NCBI GenBank assembly: GCA_947585215.1
Contig: CANPWY010000002.1
Coordinates: forward strand, 1 to 56,373
DNA from: an uncultured Clostridia bacterium
GTDB lineage: Bacteria; Bacillota; Clostridia; Oscillospirales; JAAYOS01
Length of the DNA: 56,373 bases
Reading direction: 5' to 3'
Positions 24,374 to 35,061 of this stretch are shown here, piece after piece (positions within the stretch are counted from its first letter, which is position 1; every line of letters begins with the position of its first letter). The translations under genes and the position numbers were made by a program. A model generated the notes under the pieces. That model made no database searches, was not told the origin of the DNA, and saw only the letters and a program-made list of their open reading frames with translations.

Positions 24374-26275
24374 ATGAAAAGAAATACCAGGCGGCGGTAT
24401 CTGCTCGGCGCGGCGGTCATTCTTGCCGTGGCGGCGCTGATACTCGTCGTGTTCTCCCTGCTCAGTATGACCGACAAGAACGACATGGCGCTCGGCGACA
24501 AGGAAACGGAGCGCTTCGGCTGGAGCTATGAGCTCCTCACCGACGAGGGTGTGCGTCCCTACGACCCGGTGTTCCTGAACTGGTACTACATCCAGCTGCC
24601 GGAGGACACACGCGCCGTTCGGATAACCCGCGTCATGACCGAGGACATTCCGACGGCGGAGCTCACCTGGATGAGCTTTCGGGACGGCGTCGAGGTATCT
24701 CTTGACGGTATCCTGCTCTACACCGACTTCCCGTCGCTCGCGCGGGACGAGAACGGCTTCGTTCACCCCGACGAGACGGAGTGGGAGCGCATCTGGCGGC
24801 AGGGCGGCGAGGAGAACGTGCGCTCCACGCGCATGACCCTCCCTGAGGACTACGTCGGCATGACCCTCACCGTCACGACCTACTTCCGCGAGGGATACAT
24901 CGGCACGCCGGAATATCCGTACATCGGCGAGGCGGACGCGATGCTCGCGGCCTCCACCATAGTCCTCTCGGTGCGCTACAACGCCGTTATGACCCTCTAT
25001 GCGCTGCTCGCGCTGCTGATGGCGGGCGTGTTCCTCGTGGAGGTGTACAACGGCACCGGGGACGGCAGGACGCTCCTGCTCTGCCTCTACTTCCTGCTCC
25101 TGTTCCTGAAGGAGGCCTACGGCTCTATCGCCGGATATTACAGCGTGCTCACCGCGCGGCTGGATCTGCGGTTCCTGAGCGCGGTGTACATGGCGCCGCT
25201 CTATCTCTACCTCGTGCTCCGTATGCGGAGCCGGTGGAAGTGGCCGCTGTGCGCCGCCGTCACGGCGTGGGCGGTGTTTGAGAGCGTGTGGGAGCTGAGA
25301 CAGCCGGAGGGAATTGCGGTGCTCGTCGGGCCGGAGACGCTTGCGGTGCTCCTCGTCGTGACGGCGGCGCTCGCCGCCGACGGTCTCCGCCGCAAGGGAC
25401 GCACGGAGCAGGAGAAGAAGCGCCTCCTCGTCTACGGAATAATCGCCGCCGTACTCACGGCGGGATACATGCTGAACCGCATCCGCTCGTGGGACGGCGA
25501 CTTCGTCGGCTACTTCCGCGACGAGCTGTGGAACGGACTGAGCGTCGGCAACTGCTGGCCGGTGGTGAGTCTGCTCACCGGTGTCATATCGTGGATGACC
25601 GTTATCGTCGTCGTGTCCGAGGCCGTCCGCAGGACGCTTGCGACCCACCGCACGATGGACGTGCTCCGCGAGCGGGAACGTCAGACCGTGGCGGGCTACG
25701 AGAGATTGCTCGCGTCGGAGGACGACACCCGCGCCCTGCACCACGAGATGCGCCACCACATGCTCGCGCTCGAGGCTATCCTTGCCGACGGAGATACGGA
25801 GCGCGCCCGGCGGTACGTCGGCGCCGTCGCCGAGGACCTGGCGCAGGTGCCCACAGGGCGGTACTGCCGGAACATTCTCGTGGACATGATAGCCGGGAGC
25901 TTTCTCGACCGTGCGGCGGCGCAGGGCATCCGTGTGGAGCAGCACTTGGACCTGCCCGAGACGCTGAACATCGCCGACGAGGACTTGAGCGTCTTCCTCA
26001 GCAACATGCTCCAAAACGCTCTGGAGGCATGCGAGCGTATGAACCCGGAGCAGGATAGGTATATATGGGTCGATATGCACCTGCGGGGGAACTTCCTCTG
26101 CATACAGTGCGTCAACAGCCGTCCCGAGGGCGAGGAGCCGCGGGAGCGGGAGGGTCACGGCTACGGCCTCACGGCCATGCGCGCCGTGGCTGAAAAATAC
26201 AACAGCGCCCTGCTCATAGAGCGGGCGCCGAAGAGATTTTCGGTTACAAGCGACTTCTGCCTCGAGAAGTTTTGA
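24374..26275 (+). CDS. membrane sensor histidine kinase (GHKL, LytTR-partner type) with a large extracytoplasmic N-terminal domain
   Basis: One TM, an extracytoplasmic segment of about 170 aa, then about 6-7 TM helices. H-box LHHEMRHHMLAL, N-box FLSNMLQNALEA, G-box GHGYGL. Confidence 0.85.
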   Translation: MKRNTRRRYLLGAAVILAVAALILVVFSLLSMTDKNDMALGDKETERFGWSYELLTDEGVRPYDPVFLNWYYIQLPEDTRAVRITRVMTEDIPTAELTWMSFRDGVEVSLDGILLYTDFPSLARDENGFVHPDETEWERIWRQGGEENVRSTRMTLPEDYVGMTLTVTTYFREGYIGTPEYPYIGEADAMLAASTIVLSVRYNAVMTLYALLALLMAGVFLVEVYNGTGDGRTLLLCLYFLLLFLKEAYGSIAGYYSVLTARLDLRFLSAVYMAPLYLYLVLRMRSRWKWPLCAAVTAWAVFESVWELRQPEGIAVLVGPETLAVLLVVTAALAADGLRRKGRTEQEKKRLLVYGIIAAVLTAGYMLNRIRSWDGDFVGYFRDELWNGLSVGNCWPVVSLLTGVISWMTVIVVVSEAVRRTLATHRTMDVLRERERQTVAGYERLLASEDDTRALHHEMRHHMLALEAILADGDTERARRYVGAVAEDLAQVPTGRYCRNILVDMIAGSFLDRAAAQGIRVEQHLDLPETLNIADEDLSVFLSNMLQNALEACERMNPEQDRYIWVDMHLRGNFLCIQCVNSRPEGEEPREREGHGYGLTAMRAVAEKYNSALLIERAPKRFSVTSDFCLEKF

Positions 26276-26278
26276 CGC

Positions 26279-26995
26279 TCAGACCGGCGGACGCCGCCGG
26301 TCGAAGGCGGCGAGAGCCATCTGTATGCCGGAGTAGTCGGAGCGGCCGAGCGGAATGACGTCCCCGGAGGTCAGGCGCAGACGGTCGCGGCTCAGCACGG
26401 CGATGTGCTCGAGGTTGACGAGATAGCTGCGGTGTACGCGCACAAACCTACCCGCGGGAAGCTCGCGCTCAAGCTCCTGAAGCGTGCCCCGCCACGAGCT
26501 CTCGCTGCCGTCCAGGCGGTGGAGCTCCACGACATGGTTGTAAACCTCGAAGTAGAGCGCGTCCGCGACGGGCAGGCGCACGTCGCCCAAGGGCGTCGTG
26601 AGAGACAGCATCTGCGGCGCGTGCCGCTCGAGGAACTGACAGAGCACGCTCTCAAGCTGCTCCGGACGCAGCGGCTTTAGCAGATAGTGCAGGGGACGGA
26701 CGTCATAGCCGTCCACGGCGTATCTCTCGCTCGAGGACATGAGTACCAAGTCGAGATCGAGGTTCCGCTCGCGGAGGAGCTTGCCGAAGCGGATGCCCTT
26801 CTCCTCGCCGAAGAGAATATCGAGGAACAGAAGGTCGCACGGATCGCCCCGGTCCAGCGCGGAAAGCGTCAGGGACGGGTCGGGATAGCAGGTGATATTG
26901 CAGTCCGCGTCCCGCTCTCCGAAGAAGCGGGACAGGGTGGACGAAAGCGCCGAGGCAAAGGCGCTGTCGTCATCACATATAATGATTTCGTACAT
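26279..26995 (-). CDS. LytTR family response regulator
   Basis: Receiver domain MYEIIICDDD...DLLFLDI. C-terminal LytTR domain with FVRVHRSYLVNLEHI. Convergent with the kinase gene, 3 nt apart. Confidence 0.9.
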   Translation of the reverse strand: MYEIIICDDDSAFASALSSTLSRFFGERDADCNITCYPDPSLTLSALDRGDPCDLLFLDILFGEEKGIRFGKLLRERNLDLDLVLMSSSERYAVDGYDVRPLHYLLKPLRPEQLESVLCQFLERHAPQMLSLTTPLGDVRLPVADALYFEVYNHVVELHRLDGSESSWRGTLQELERELPAGRFVRVHRSYLVNLEHIAVLSRDRLRLTSGDVIPLGRSDYSGIQMALAAFDRRRPPV

Positions 26996-27110
26996 GCAGG
27001 TCACCCCCACTGTCTTACGGGAACAAACATTACTTTATCACATTTTTTGCAATAAATCAAGAGGATCCGCCGCGCAGAAAGCATGGCGGACGATACAAGG
27101 AGGAACAACA

Positions 27111-27407
27111 ATGACCATCACCAAGAACCTGAACGGGACACATCTCGACCTCGCGCTCGAGGGACGGCTGGACACCACCACCGCGCCCCTGCTTGAGGCG
27201 GAACTGAAGCAGAGCATAAACGGCGTCACCGAGCTGACGCTGGATTTCGGCGAGCTGGAGTATATCTCCTCCGCGGGACTGAGGGTGCTCCTCAGCGCCC
27301 AGAAGGTCATGAACCGGCAGGACTCCATGGTCATCAAAAATGTTAACGAGACGATAATGGAGATCTTCGAGGTCACCGGCTTCGCGGACATCCTGACTAT
27401 AGAGTGA
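27111..27407 (+). CDS. STAS domain protein (anti-sigma-factor antagonist, SpoIIAA/RsbV-like)
   Basis: 98 aa. RLDTTTAPLLEAEL...LDFGELEYISSAGLRVLL contains the conserved phosphorylatable Ser. RBS AAGGAGG. Confidence 0.85.
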   Translation: MTITKNLNGTHLDLALEGRLDTTTAPLLEAELKQSINGVTELTLDFGELEYISSAGLRVLLSAQKVMNRQDSMVIKNVNETIMEIFEVTGFADILTIE

Positions 27408-27408
27408 C

Positions 27409-29973
27409 ATGACGGGTGAGAAGCAAAACGATATGAAGCGCACGCCAATCCGCCGTCAGGTACAGCGGATGGTACTTCTGCTGTGCGTGGCGGCGCTGGT
27501 AGTCACGGGCGTGCTGTGGGCGGGGAGCCTCTTCGCTCTGCGGGACACGGTCCAGCGGGACAGCCAGGACTTGGGCGAGAGCGCGGCCTCCGCCGGCGGC
27601 GAGGCTCTGCTTTCCCAGATGGAGCAGAACCTCTATCAGGGCGTGCGGAGCGAGGCCGCTGTTGTGGACGAGAAGCTGGAGCGCTACGCCGCCGACGTGC
27701 GGGACTTCGCCTTCTACGCCGGGCGGCTCTATGAGGAGCCGGAGGCATACGTGCCGAAGGAGGTCCTGCCCCCGGACGCGGCGAGTCAGTATACCTTTAC
27801 TATGCAGCTCGTGTGGCGGGACAAGAGTACAGACAAGACCGCCGTGCAGGAGGAGATAGGCCTCCTTGCGAATCTTGTCCACATATGGCAGCCGGTGATG
27901 ACCGGCGACACGGAGAACATCGCGTCCATCTATCTCTGCACCGAGAGCGGGTTCATGATAAACTACGACGAGCGCTCCGACCTGACGCCGGATTACTTTG
28001 ACTATGAGCAGTCCGCATGGTATCAGGCCGCGAGGGACACCGGGGACGTTATCTTCACGGTGCCCTATATGGACACCTTCGGCCGCGGGCTCATGCTCAC
28101 CTGCGCCGCGCCGATCCACGACGCGGACGGCCGCTTCGCCGGCGTGGTGTGCATGGACATGATGGTGGAGGATCTTGTGGAGAAGGTGCTCGACATCGAC
28201 TTCGGCGAGGGCTCCTACGGCTTCCTGGTGGACGGAACGGGGAACATCATCGTCTCCCCGCAGATGGAGTACGACGGGACGTTTGAAAACGTCCGCGACC
28301 CGGACTGCCTTGCAAAGGAGGCGGCGGAGAGCATCATGAGCGGCGAGGCGGGCGTCACGCCCACCTCCGAAGGTCTCTACTATGCCTACGCGCCCATCGA
28401 CGCGTCGAACTGGACGCTTGCCGTCCACATGCCGGCGGATATGATAACCGCGCCGGCGGAGAACATCCGCACGGACATAACCGAGCGGACGGAGTCTACC
28501 GCCGGAACCATCGACAGCAATATCGCGCGGACGGGGCTCATTTCGCTTGCGGTATTCGTGGTGATAATCGGAGCGGTAGTCGCCCTGAGCGGAGGATTTT
28601 CCCGGAAGCTCACGGGGCCGCTTCTGGAGTTGCGCTCCGACGTGGAGCACATAAGCGGCGGCGACCTTGCTCATCAGGCCGCCGTGCGGCGCAACGACGA
28701 GATAGGCGACTTGGCGGCGGCTTTCAACGGCATGGCGGGGTCGCTTGACAGGTACATAAAGGATTTGACCGCCGTGACGGCGGAGAAGGAGCGCATCGGC
28801 GCGGAGCTGGACATCGCCACACACATTCAGGCGTCCATGCTGCCCTGTATCTTCCCCGCCTTTCCGAACCGGCGGGAATTCGACGTCTACGCATCAATGA
28901 CGCCCGCCAAGGAGGTAGGCGGCGACTTCTACGACTTCTTCATGGTGGACGACACGCACCTCGCCGTCGTGGTGGCGGACGTGTCCGGCAAGGGCGTTCC
29001 GGCGGCGCTGTTCATGGTCATCGGCAAGACGCTCATCAAGGACCACACCACCCCGAACAGAGACCTGGGCGAGGTGTTCATGGAGGTGAACCGCCTCCTG
29101 TGCGAAGGAAACGCCGAGGAGATGTTCATCACCGCCTTCGAGGGAGTGCTGGACCTTGAGACAGGCCGGTTCGACTTCGGCAACGCCGGCCATGAGACGC
29201 CGTTCATTTGCAGAAAGGGCGAGGGCTACGCCCCCTATAAGATACGCGCGGGCTTCGTGCTTGCGGGCATGGAGGGAACGCGCTACCGCATGGGCTCCTT
29301 GCAGCTTGAACCCGGCGACAAGCTGTTCCAGTACACGGACGGCGTCACCGAGGCCACAAACAGCCGGAGCGAGCTGTACGGCATGGAGCGGCTTGAGGCG
29401 GTGCTGAACCGCAACGCCGCCGCAGCGCCTGACGAGCTTCTCCTGAAGGTGAAGGCGGATATCGACGCCTTCGTGGGCGGAGCGCCGCAATTCGACGACA
29501 TCACGATGCTGTGCTTGGAGTTCAGTGAAAGAATGCGCGCATCCGACCAAAGCGAGCTCACCGTGGAGGCGGAGACGGAGAACATCCCCGTCGTGACGGC
29601 CTTTGTTGACGGCAAGCTGGAAGCGCTCGACTGCCCCGCGAAGGCCAAGACGCAGATAGACGTCGCCATCGACGAGCTGTTCGGCAACATCGCCCGGTAC
29701 GCTTACGACCCATCCGGCCCGGTGACCGTTCGGGTGGAAACGGAGAGGGAGCCAAAGACCGTGCGCATCACCTTCATCGACCGAGGAAAGCCCTACGACC
29801 CGCTTGCAAAGCCCGACCCGGACGTGACATTGCCCGCGGAGGAGCGGCCCATCGGGGGACTCGGCGTCTACATGGTGAAAAAGAGCATGGACGACGTGCG
29901 CTACGAGTACAGGGACGGCCAAAATATCCTGACGGTGGAAAAGCGTTTGCAGGACACGTCGGGAAAAGAATGA
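27409..29973 (+). CDS. dCache-HAMP-PP2C (SpoIIE) phosphatase fused to an RsbW-like HATPase Ser/Thr kinase domain
   Basis: TM1, extracytoplasmic Cache-like region of about 330 aa, TM2, and a HAMP domain (NDEIGDLAAAFNGMAGSL). PP2C motifs EVGGDFYDF and VADVSGKGVPAALFM. C-terminal region VAIDELFGNIARYAY...GGLGVYMVKKSMD. Starts 1 nt after the STAS stop. Confidence 0.8.
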   Translation: MTGEKQNDMKRTPIRRQVQRMVLLLCVAALVVTGVLWAGSLFALRDTVQRDSQDLGESAASAGGEALLSQMEQNLYQGVRSEAAVVDEKLERYAADVRDFAFYAGRLYEEPEAYVPKEVLPPDAASQYTFTMQLVWRDKSTDKTAVQEEIGLLANLVHIWQPVMTGDTENIASIYLCTESGFMINYDERSDLTPDYFDYEQSAWYQAARDTGDVIFTVPYMDTFGRGLMLTCAAPIHDADGRFAGVVCMDMMVEDLVEKVLDIDFGEGSYGFLVDGTGNIIVSPQMEYDGTFENVRDPDCLAKEAAESIMSGEAGVTPTSEGLYYAYAPIDASNWTLAVHMPADMITAPAENIRTDITERTESTAGTIDSNIARTGLISLAVFVVIIGAVVALSGGFSRKLTGPLLELRSDVEHISGGDLAHQAAVRRNDEIGDLAAAFNGMAGSLDRYIKDLTAVTAEKERIGAELDIATHIQASMLPCIFPAFPNRREFDVYASMTPAKEVGGDFYDFFMVDDTHLAVVVADVSGKGVPAALFMVIGKTLIKDHTTPNRDLGEVFMEVNRLLCEGNAEEMFITAFEGVLDLETGRFDFGNAGHETPFICRKGEGYAPYKIRAGFVLAGMEGTRYRMGSLQLEPGDKLFQYTDGVTEATNSRSELYGMERLEAVLNRNAAAAPDELLLKVKADIDAFVGGAPQFDDITMLCLEFSERMRASDQSELTVEAETENIPVVTAFVDGKLEALDCPAKAKTQIDVAIDELFGNIARYAYDPSGPVTVRVETEREPKTVRITFIDRGKPYDPLAKPDPDVTLPAEERPIGGLGVYMVKKSMDDVRYEYRDGQNILTVEKRLQDTSGKE

Positions 29974-29993
29974 TCACAGCGGAGGAAACGACT

Positions 29994-30470
29994 ATGGACA
30001 ACGGACTGTTTCGTCGGAAGACGCTGGACAAGGTGTCCAGCCCGGAGCAGATGAACGACTATATCCGGGTGACAAGTCCCGGCGTGTGGTTGGTACTGGC
30101 GGCGGTTATAGCGCTCCTTGCGGGGCTCATCATCTGGTCGGCGCTCGGCCGCTTGGAGACTACGGTGACGGCCGTGGCGGTGGCCGGGCCGGACGGCGGC
30201 CCCGTGTGTTACATAGCCGAGGACGACATGGACGCCGTCCGCGCGGGTCAGACCGTGCACATCGCGGGGAAGGACTATACCCTTTCCGGGGTGGCGGCGA
30301 AGCCGGTTCCGGCGGACGGAAGTCTCGACGCCTACGCCCTGCACGTGGGCGGCATGGAGGCGGACGGGTGGGTGTACCCCGCCGAGCTTGACGCGGTTCT
30401 TTCCGAAGGCATCTACGAGGCGCGGATAGTGGTGGACAGCGTGGCGCCAATCTCGTTTCTGCTGAACTGA
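29994..30470 (+). CDS. short HlyD-like secretion adaptor (NHLP bacteriocin system type)
   Basis: Start at MDNGLFRRKTLDKVSSPEQMNDYIRVTSPGVWLVL with RBS GGAGGAAA, followed by a single TM helix. An alternative ATG at 29970 overlaps the upstream stop. Confidence 0.7.
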   Translation: MDNGLFRRKTLDKVSSPEQMNDYIRVTSPGVWLVLAAVIALLAGLIIWSALGRLETTVTAVAVAGPDGGPVCYIAEDDMDAVRAGQTVHIAGKDYTLSGVAAKPVPADGSLDAYALHVGGMEADGWVYPAELDAVLSEGIYEARIVVDSVAPISFLLN

Positions 30471-30477
30471 GGCGCGT

Positions 30478-32652
30478 ATGAGAAAACAGGAGATAAAAAA
30501 GCCCGTCACAAAGGGCGTGGCGAAGGTGCCGGTCGTCATGCAGATGGAGACGCTGGAGTGCGGCGCGGCCTCCCTTGCCATGGTGCTGGCATTCTATAAC
30601 AAGTGGGTGCCGCTCGAGCAGGTGCGCGCGGACTGCGGCGTGAGCCGGGACGGCTCCAACGCAAAGAACGTGCTGAAAGCCGCGAGAAGCTACGGCCTCA
30701 CGGCAAACGCGTACCGTCTGGAGCCGGAGGATCTGCGGGAGAACGGAAGCTTCCCCTGCATCATCCACTGGAACTTCAATCACTTCGTGGTGCTCGACGG
30801 CTTCAAGGGCGGCAAGGCCATACTGAACGACCCTGCTCGGGGCATCGTCCCGGTGAGCATGGAGAACTTCGACGAATCCTTCACCGGTATCTGTCTGACG
30901 TTCGAGCCGGGGGAGGATTTCCGACCCGGCGGCAGTCCCAAGAGCATGGTGGGCTACGCGAAAAAGCGCCTCACCGGAGCGGGCGCAGCGCTCGTGTTCG
31001 TGATGCTGACGACGCTGATAAGCTCCCTCTTCGGCGTGATAAACCCCGCCTTCTCCCGCATCTTCATGGATCGGCTCCTGACGGGCGAGAACCCGGAGTG
31101 GCTGTGGCCGTTCATTCTGGTGCTGGCGGGTGTGAGCATACTTCAGCTTGTAGTGGCATGGGTGCAGGCGATATGGTCGCTTCGCATCACGGGAAAGCTT
31201 GCCGCGGTGGGCTCGGCCACTTTCCTTTGGAAGGTACTGCACATGCCGATGGAGTTCTTCTCCCAACGCATGGCGGGCGACATACGTCAGCGGCAGTCCA
31301 CCAACGCCTCCATCGCTCAGGAGCTGGTGAACACTCAGGGTCCGCTGGTGCTGAACGCCATCATGATGGTGTTCTATCTGGTGGTCATGCTGCGGTATTC
31401 GTGGATACTCACCATAGTGGGTCTCTCGTCCGTACTCATCACTCTGGTGGTGAGCCGGTATATCTCAAAGAAGCGGGTGAACATCACCCGCGTGCAGATG
31501 CGCGACTCCGGCAAGCTGACGTCTTCCACCATGGCGGCCATCGAGATGATAGAGACCATCAAGGCCGCCGGAGCGGAGAACGGCTATTTTGAGCGCTGGG
31601 CGGGGTATCAGGCAAGCGTCAACACCCAGCAGATGCGATATGCAAAGACGGACGCGTACCTCGGACTCATTCCGTCCGTCGTGAGCGTCATCAGGGACGC
31701 TGTCTTCCTGTTCCTCGGCGTGCTGTTTGTCATGCAGGGTGAGTTCACCATCGGTATGGTCATGGCGTTTCAGGGCTTTCTCATGAGCTTCACCGCCCCG
31801 GCGACGACGCTCATCGACGCCGGGCAGACCATTCAGGAAATGCGCACCGAGATGGAACGCGTGGAGGACGTGATGGAGTACCCCGAGGACAGCAACATGA
31901 CCGAGTCGGAGGAGCAGGAAAACTGCGACAAGCTCACGGGAGCCTTGGAGATGAAGCACGTCACCTTCGGCTAATCCAAGCTAGCCGAGCCGCTCATTGA
32001 GGACTTCAATCTTAGCCTGAAGCCGGGAAGCCGTGTGGCCTTCGTCGGCGGCTCCGGCTGCGGAAAATCGACGCTCAGCAAGCTCATCTCGGGCCTTTAC
32101 CGACCGTGGAGCGGAGAGATACTCTTCGACGGCAAGCCGATACGCGAGATCGACCGGAGCGTGTTTACCGGGTCGCTCGCCGTCGTTGATCAGGACGTCA
32201 TCCTCTTCGAGGACACCATCGCCGAGAACATAAAGATGTGGGACAAGTCCATAGAGGACTTTGAGATGATCCTCGCGGCTCGGGACGCAGGCATACACAG
32301 CGACATCATAAAGCGCGAGGGCGGCTACGACCACAAGCTCGTCGAGGGCGGCCGGGACTTCTCCGGCGGCCAGCGCCAGCGCATGGAGATAGCGCGCGTC
32401 CTCGCGCAGGACCCCACCATCATCATACTTGACGAAGCCACGTCCGCTCTGGACGCCAAGACGGAATACGAGGTAGTGAAGTCCATCAAGGACAGGGGCG
32501 TCACCTGCATCGTGGTGGCTCACCGGCTCTCTACCATCCGGGACTGCGACGAGATAATCGTCCTGGACCACGGCAAGGTGGTGGAGCGCGGCACCCATGA
32601 CGAGCTTTACGCCATGGGTGGGTACTACACCCGTCTGGTGTCCAACGACTGA
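30478..32652 (+). pseudogene. bacteriocin-type ABC exporter with N-terminal C39 peptidase domain, interrupted by one in-frame TAA (31972-31974)
   Basis: C39 motifs VVMQMETLECGAASLAMVL and IIHWNFNHFVVL, followed by 6 TM helices. [40 protein letters not shown] continues in the same frame through Walker A, LSGGQRQR and [10 protein letters not shown]. Confidence 0.8.
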
Positions 32653-32666
32653 GGAGGTGTGACGCA

Positions 32667-34865
32667 ATGGGATGGTTTGACGAACAGATAAGAGAGCGCC
32701 GGCGCCGCGATCAGCAGGCCTTCGAGGAGGGCGTTGAATCCATCGCGGGGGCGGTACTGGGCCGTCGCGGCGCACCGGGCGGCGGGAGCCGTCAGGCACA
32801 GAGCGCCATGGACGAGATCCTGCGATACTACCACGCAAAGAGTCGGGAACTGCCCGACTCGGTGAAGGACTTAAACGAACAGCTCGAATTTCTCCTGCGT
32901 CCCTACGGCATCATGCGCCGGACGGTGAACTTGGAGAAGGGCTGGTACAAGGACGCCGTCGGGGCGATGCTCGCCCGACGGAAGTCGGACGGAGCCCTCG
33001 CGGCCATGATCCCCACGGGGCTTTCGGGCTACACCTACGCCGACCCGGACACGGGCAGGCGCCGCCGGGTGAACGCCCGGACGGAGGAGCTCTTTGAAAG
33101 GGAAGCCATTGCTTTCTATAAGCCCTTCCCGCAGGGGAAGATAGGCATCCCGGGTCTGATGAAATACATAGTTTCCAGCACCTCGGTTGCGGACTGGATA
33201 CTCTTTGCCGCGTCCGCACTCGCGGTGAGCCTTGTGGGACTGCTCCTGCCCCGGCTTAACAACCTCCTGTTTTCACGGGTGGCGGCGAGCGGGAGCGTGA
33301 CGGTGCTCGCGGCGCTGGTGAGCTTCATGCTGCTCGTGAACGTCAGCTCCCTCCTTTTGGGGGCGGTGAAGAAGATACTCACCACGCGCATGAACACGAA
33401 GGTCTCCGTGTCGGTGGAGGCCGCGGCGATGATGCGCCTTTTCTCCCTGCCCGCAAACTTCTTCCGGCAGTACAGCACCGGCGAGATGTCGAGCCGCGTC
33501 ATGAATATCAAGACGCTTTCTACTCTGCTCATCTCCTCGGTGGCGGCGGTGGGAATTACGAGCCTCTTCTCCCTCCTGCAGATAACCCAGATCTTCGCCT
33601 ACGCCCCGGCGCTTGTGGCGCCGGCGCTTATCATCGTCGCCGTGACGCTCGTGTTCTCGGTGCTGACGACGGTGCGTCAGCGGAGCGTCACCCAACAGAA
33701 GATGGAGCAGAGCGCCAAGGAGAACGGACTCTCCTACGCCCTCATCAGCGGCGTGCAGAAGGTGAAGCTCTCCGGCGCGGAGAAAAGGGCGTTCGCAAAG
33801 TGGAGCGAGCAGTACGCCAAGGGCGCGCGTCTTCAGTACGACCCGCCCATGTTTTTGAAGGTGAACGGCGTTATCAGCCTCGCCATCTCCCTCACCGGGA
33901 CGCTCGTGATGTACGCTGTGGCGGTGAAGAGCGGCGTGTCTGCGGCGGAATACTACGCCTTCAACTCCGCCTACGCCATGATAAGCGGCGCGTTTATGTC
34001 CCTTGCCGGAATTGCGGCCATGGTGGGTCAGATAATCCCCATCCTCAATATGGCAAAGCCCATCTTGGAGGCGGAGCCGGAGATAGCGGAGGAGAAGCAG
34101 ATGGTGGGCCGTCTCGCCGGAGGCATCGAGCTCAACAACGTCTCCTTCCGTTACTCGGAGGATATGCCGAACGTCCTCGACGACCTGAGCCTCAAGATAC
34201 GCCCCGGCCAGTATGTGGCAATCGTCGGAAAGACCGGCTGCGGCAAATCGACGCTCATGCGCCTGCTTCTCGGCTTCGAGACGCCCCAGAGGGGCGCCGT
34301 CTATTACGACGGGCGGGACATGGCGGGGCTTGATTTGAAAAGCCTGCGGCGGCGCATGGGCGTCGTTATGCAGGACGGCAAGCTCTTTCAGGGCGACATC
34401 TACTCCAACATCACCATCTCCGCGCCGTGGCTCACCATGGACGACGCGTGGGAAGCGGCGGAGATGGCGGGCGTGGCGGAGGACATCCGGCGCATGCCCA
34501 TGGGGATGCACACCCTCATCTCCGAGGGAAGCGGCGGCATCTCCGGCGGTCAGCGCCAGAGACTGCTGATTGCCCGCGCAATCGCGCCGAAGCCGCGCAT
34601 ACTCATGTTTGATGAGGCGACCTCTGCGCTCGACAACATCACTCAGCGGGTGGTGTCCGAGTCGCTCGACAAGCTCAAATGCACCCGCATCGTGATAGCC
34701 CACCGGCTCAGCACCATCCGCCACTGCGACCGGATAATCGTGCTTGACGGCGGCCATATCGTGGAGGACGGCACCTACGACGAGCTTATAGCCCAAAACG
34801 GCTTCTTTGCGGAGCTGGTGTCGCGTCAGCGGCTGGATACGGACGCCGCCGCGAGTGACAATTAA
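32667..34865 (+). CDS. second bacteriocin-type ABC exporter permease/ATPase (no C39 domain; N-terminal accessory domain)
   Basis: 732 aa. An N-terminal domain of about 150 aa, 6 TM helices, Walker [28 protein letters not shown]. The pairing with a C39-ABC and a HlyD-like gene matches NHLP-type exporters. Confidence 0.85.
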   Translation: MGWFDEQIRERRRRDQQAFEEGVESIAGAVLGRRGAPGGGSRQAQSAMDEILRYYHAKSRELPDSVKDLNEQLEFLLRPYGIMRRTVNLEKGWYKDAVGAMLARRKSDGALAAMIPTGLSGYTYADPDTGRRRRVNARTEELFEREAIAFYKPFPQGKIGIPGLMKYIVSSTSVADWILFAASALAVSLVGLLLPRLNNLLFSRVAASGSVTVLAALVSFMLLVNVSSLLLGAVKKILTTRMNTKVSVSVEAAAMMRLFSLPANFFRQYSTGEMSSRVMNIKTLSTLLISSVAAVGITSLFSLLQITQIFAYAPALVAPALIIVAVTLVFSVLTTVRQRSVTQQKMEQSAKENGLSYALISGVQKVKLSGAEKRAFAKWSEQYAKGARLQYDPPMFLKVNGVISLAISLTGTLVMYAVAVKSGVSAAEYYAFNSAYAMISGAFMSLAGIAAMVGQIIPILNMAKPILEAEPEIAEEKQMVGRLAGGIELNNVSFRYSEDMPNVLDDLSLKIRPGQYVAIVGKTGCGKSTLMRLLLGFETPQRGAVYYDGRDMAGLDLKSLRRRMGVVMQDGKLFQGDIYSNITISAPWLTMDDAWEAAEMAGVAEDIRRMPMGMHTLISEGSGGISGGQRQRLLIARAIAPKPRILMFDEATSALDNITQRVVSESLDKLKCTRIVIAHRLSTIRHCDRIIVLDGGHIVEDGTYDELIAQNGFFAELVSRQRLDTDAAASDN

Positions 34866-34924
34866 TACTAATATTTTACAGAAAATAGAATTTTTTAGCG
34901 GTGAGGAAAGAGAAAAGTGCCGCG

Positions 34925-35006
34925 CGACATGCAATTCGAGTCGTGATTTCGTCGATTCGGGACAAAGCGGTTGACAACCGCCCCAAAGTTTCGGATACTT
35001 AAACCG
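34925..35006 (+). promoter_or_regulatory. promoter/operator repeat copy 2 (upstream of the methyltransferase-STAS gene)
   Basis: 82 bp with about 4 mismatches to 20616-20697. ATTCGAG (34934) and ATTCGGG (34955) are 21 bp apart. TTGACA (34971-34976), 17 nt, GATACT (34994-34999). Confidence 0.6.
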
Positions 35007-35061
35007 AATTGATTTTGACTTACCGCAAAATCATAAACTCATCGGAAAGGACGGCATCAAA

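Noticed and set aside
24266-26158. 630-aa minus-strand ORF. Similar long antisense ORFs lie at 27397-28824, 28894-29922, 30160-31266, 33273-34934 and 35020-36219.
   Set aside because: All are antisense to well-supported kinase, phosphatase, ABC and methyltransferase genes. They have no motifs and a biased Arg/His/Gly composition.
31972-31974. TAA reassigned as a sense codon (alternative genetic code)
   Set aside because: TAA clearly terminates other well-defined genes in the window, such as the MATE gene at 6356-6358 and P16 at 36575-36577. A nonsense mutation, a sequencing error or local readthrough is more likely.
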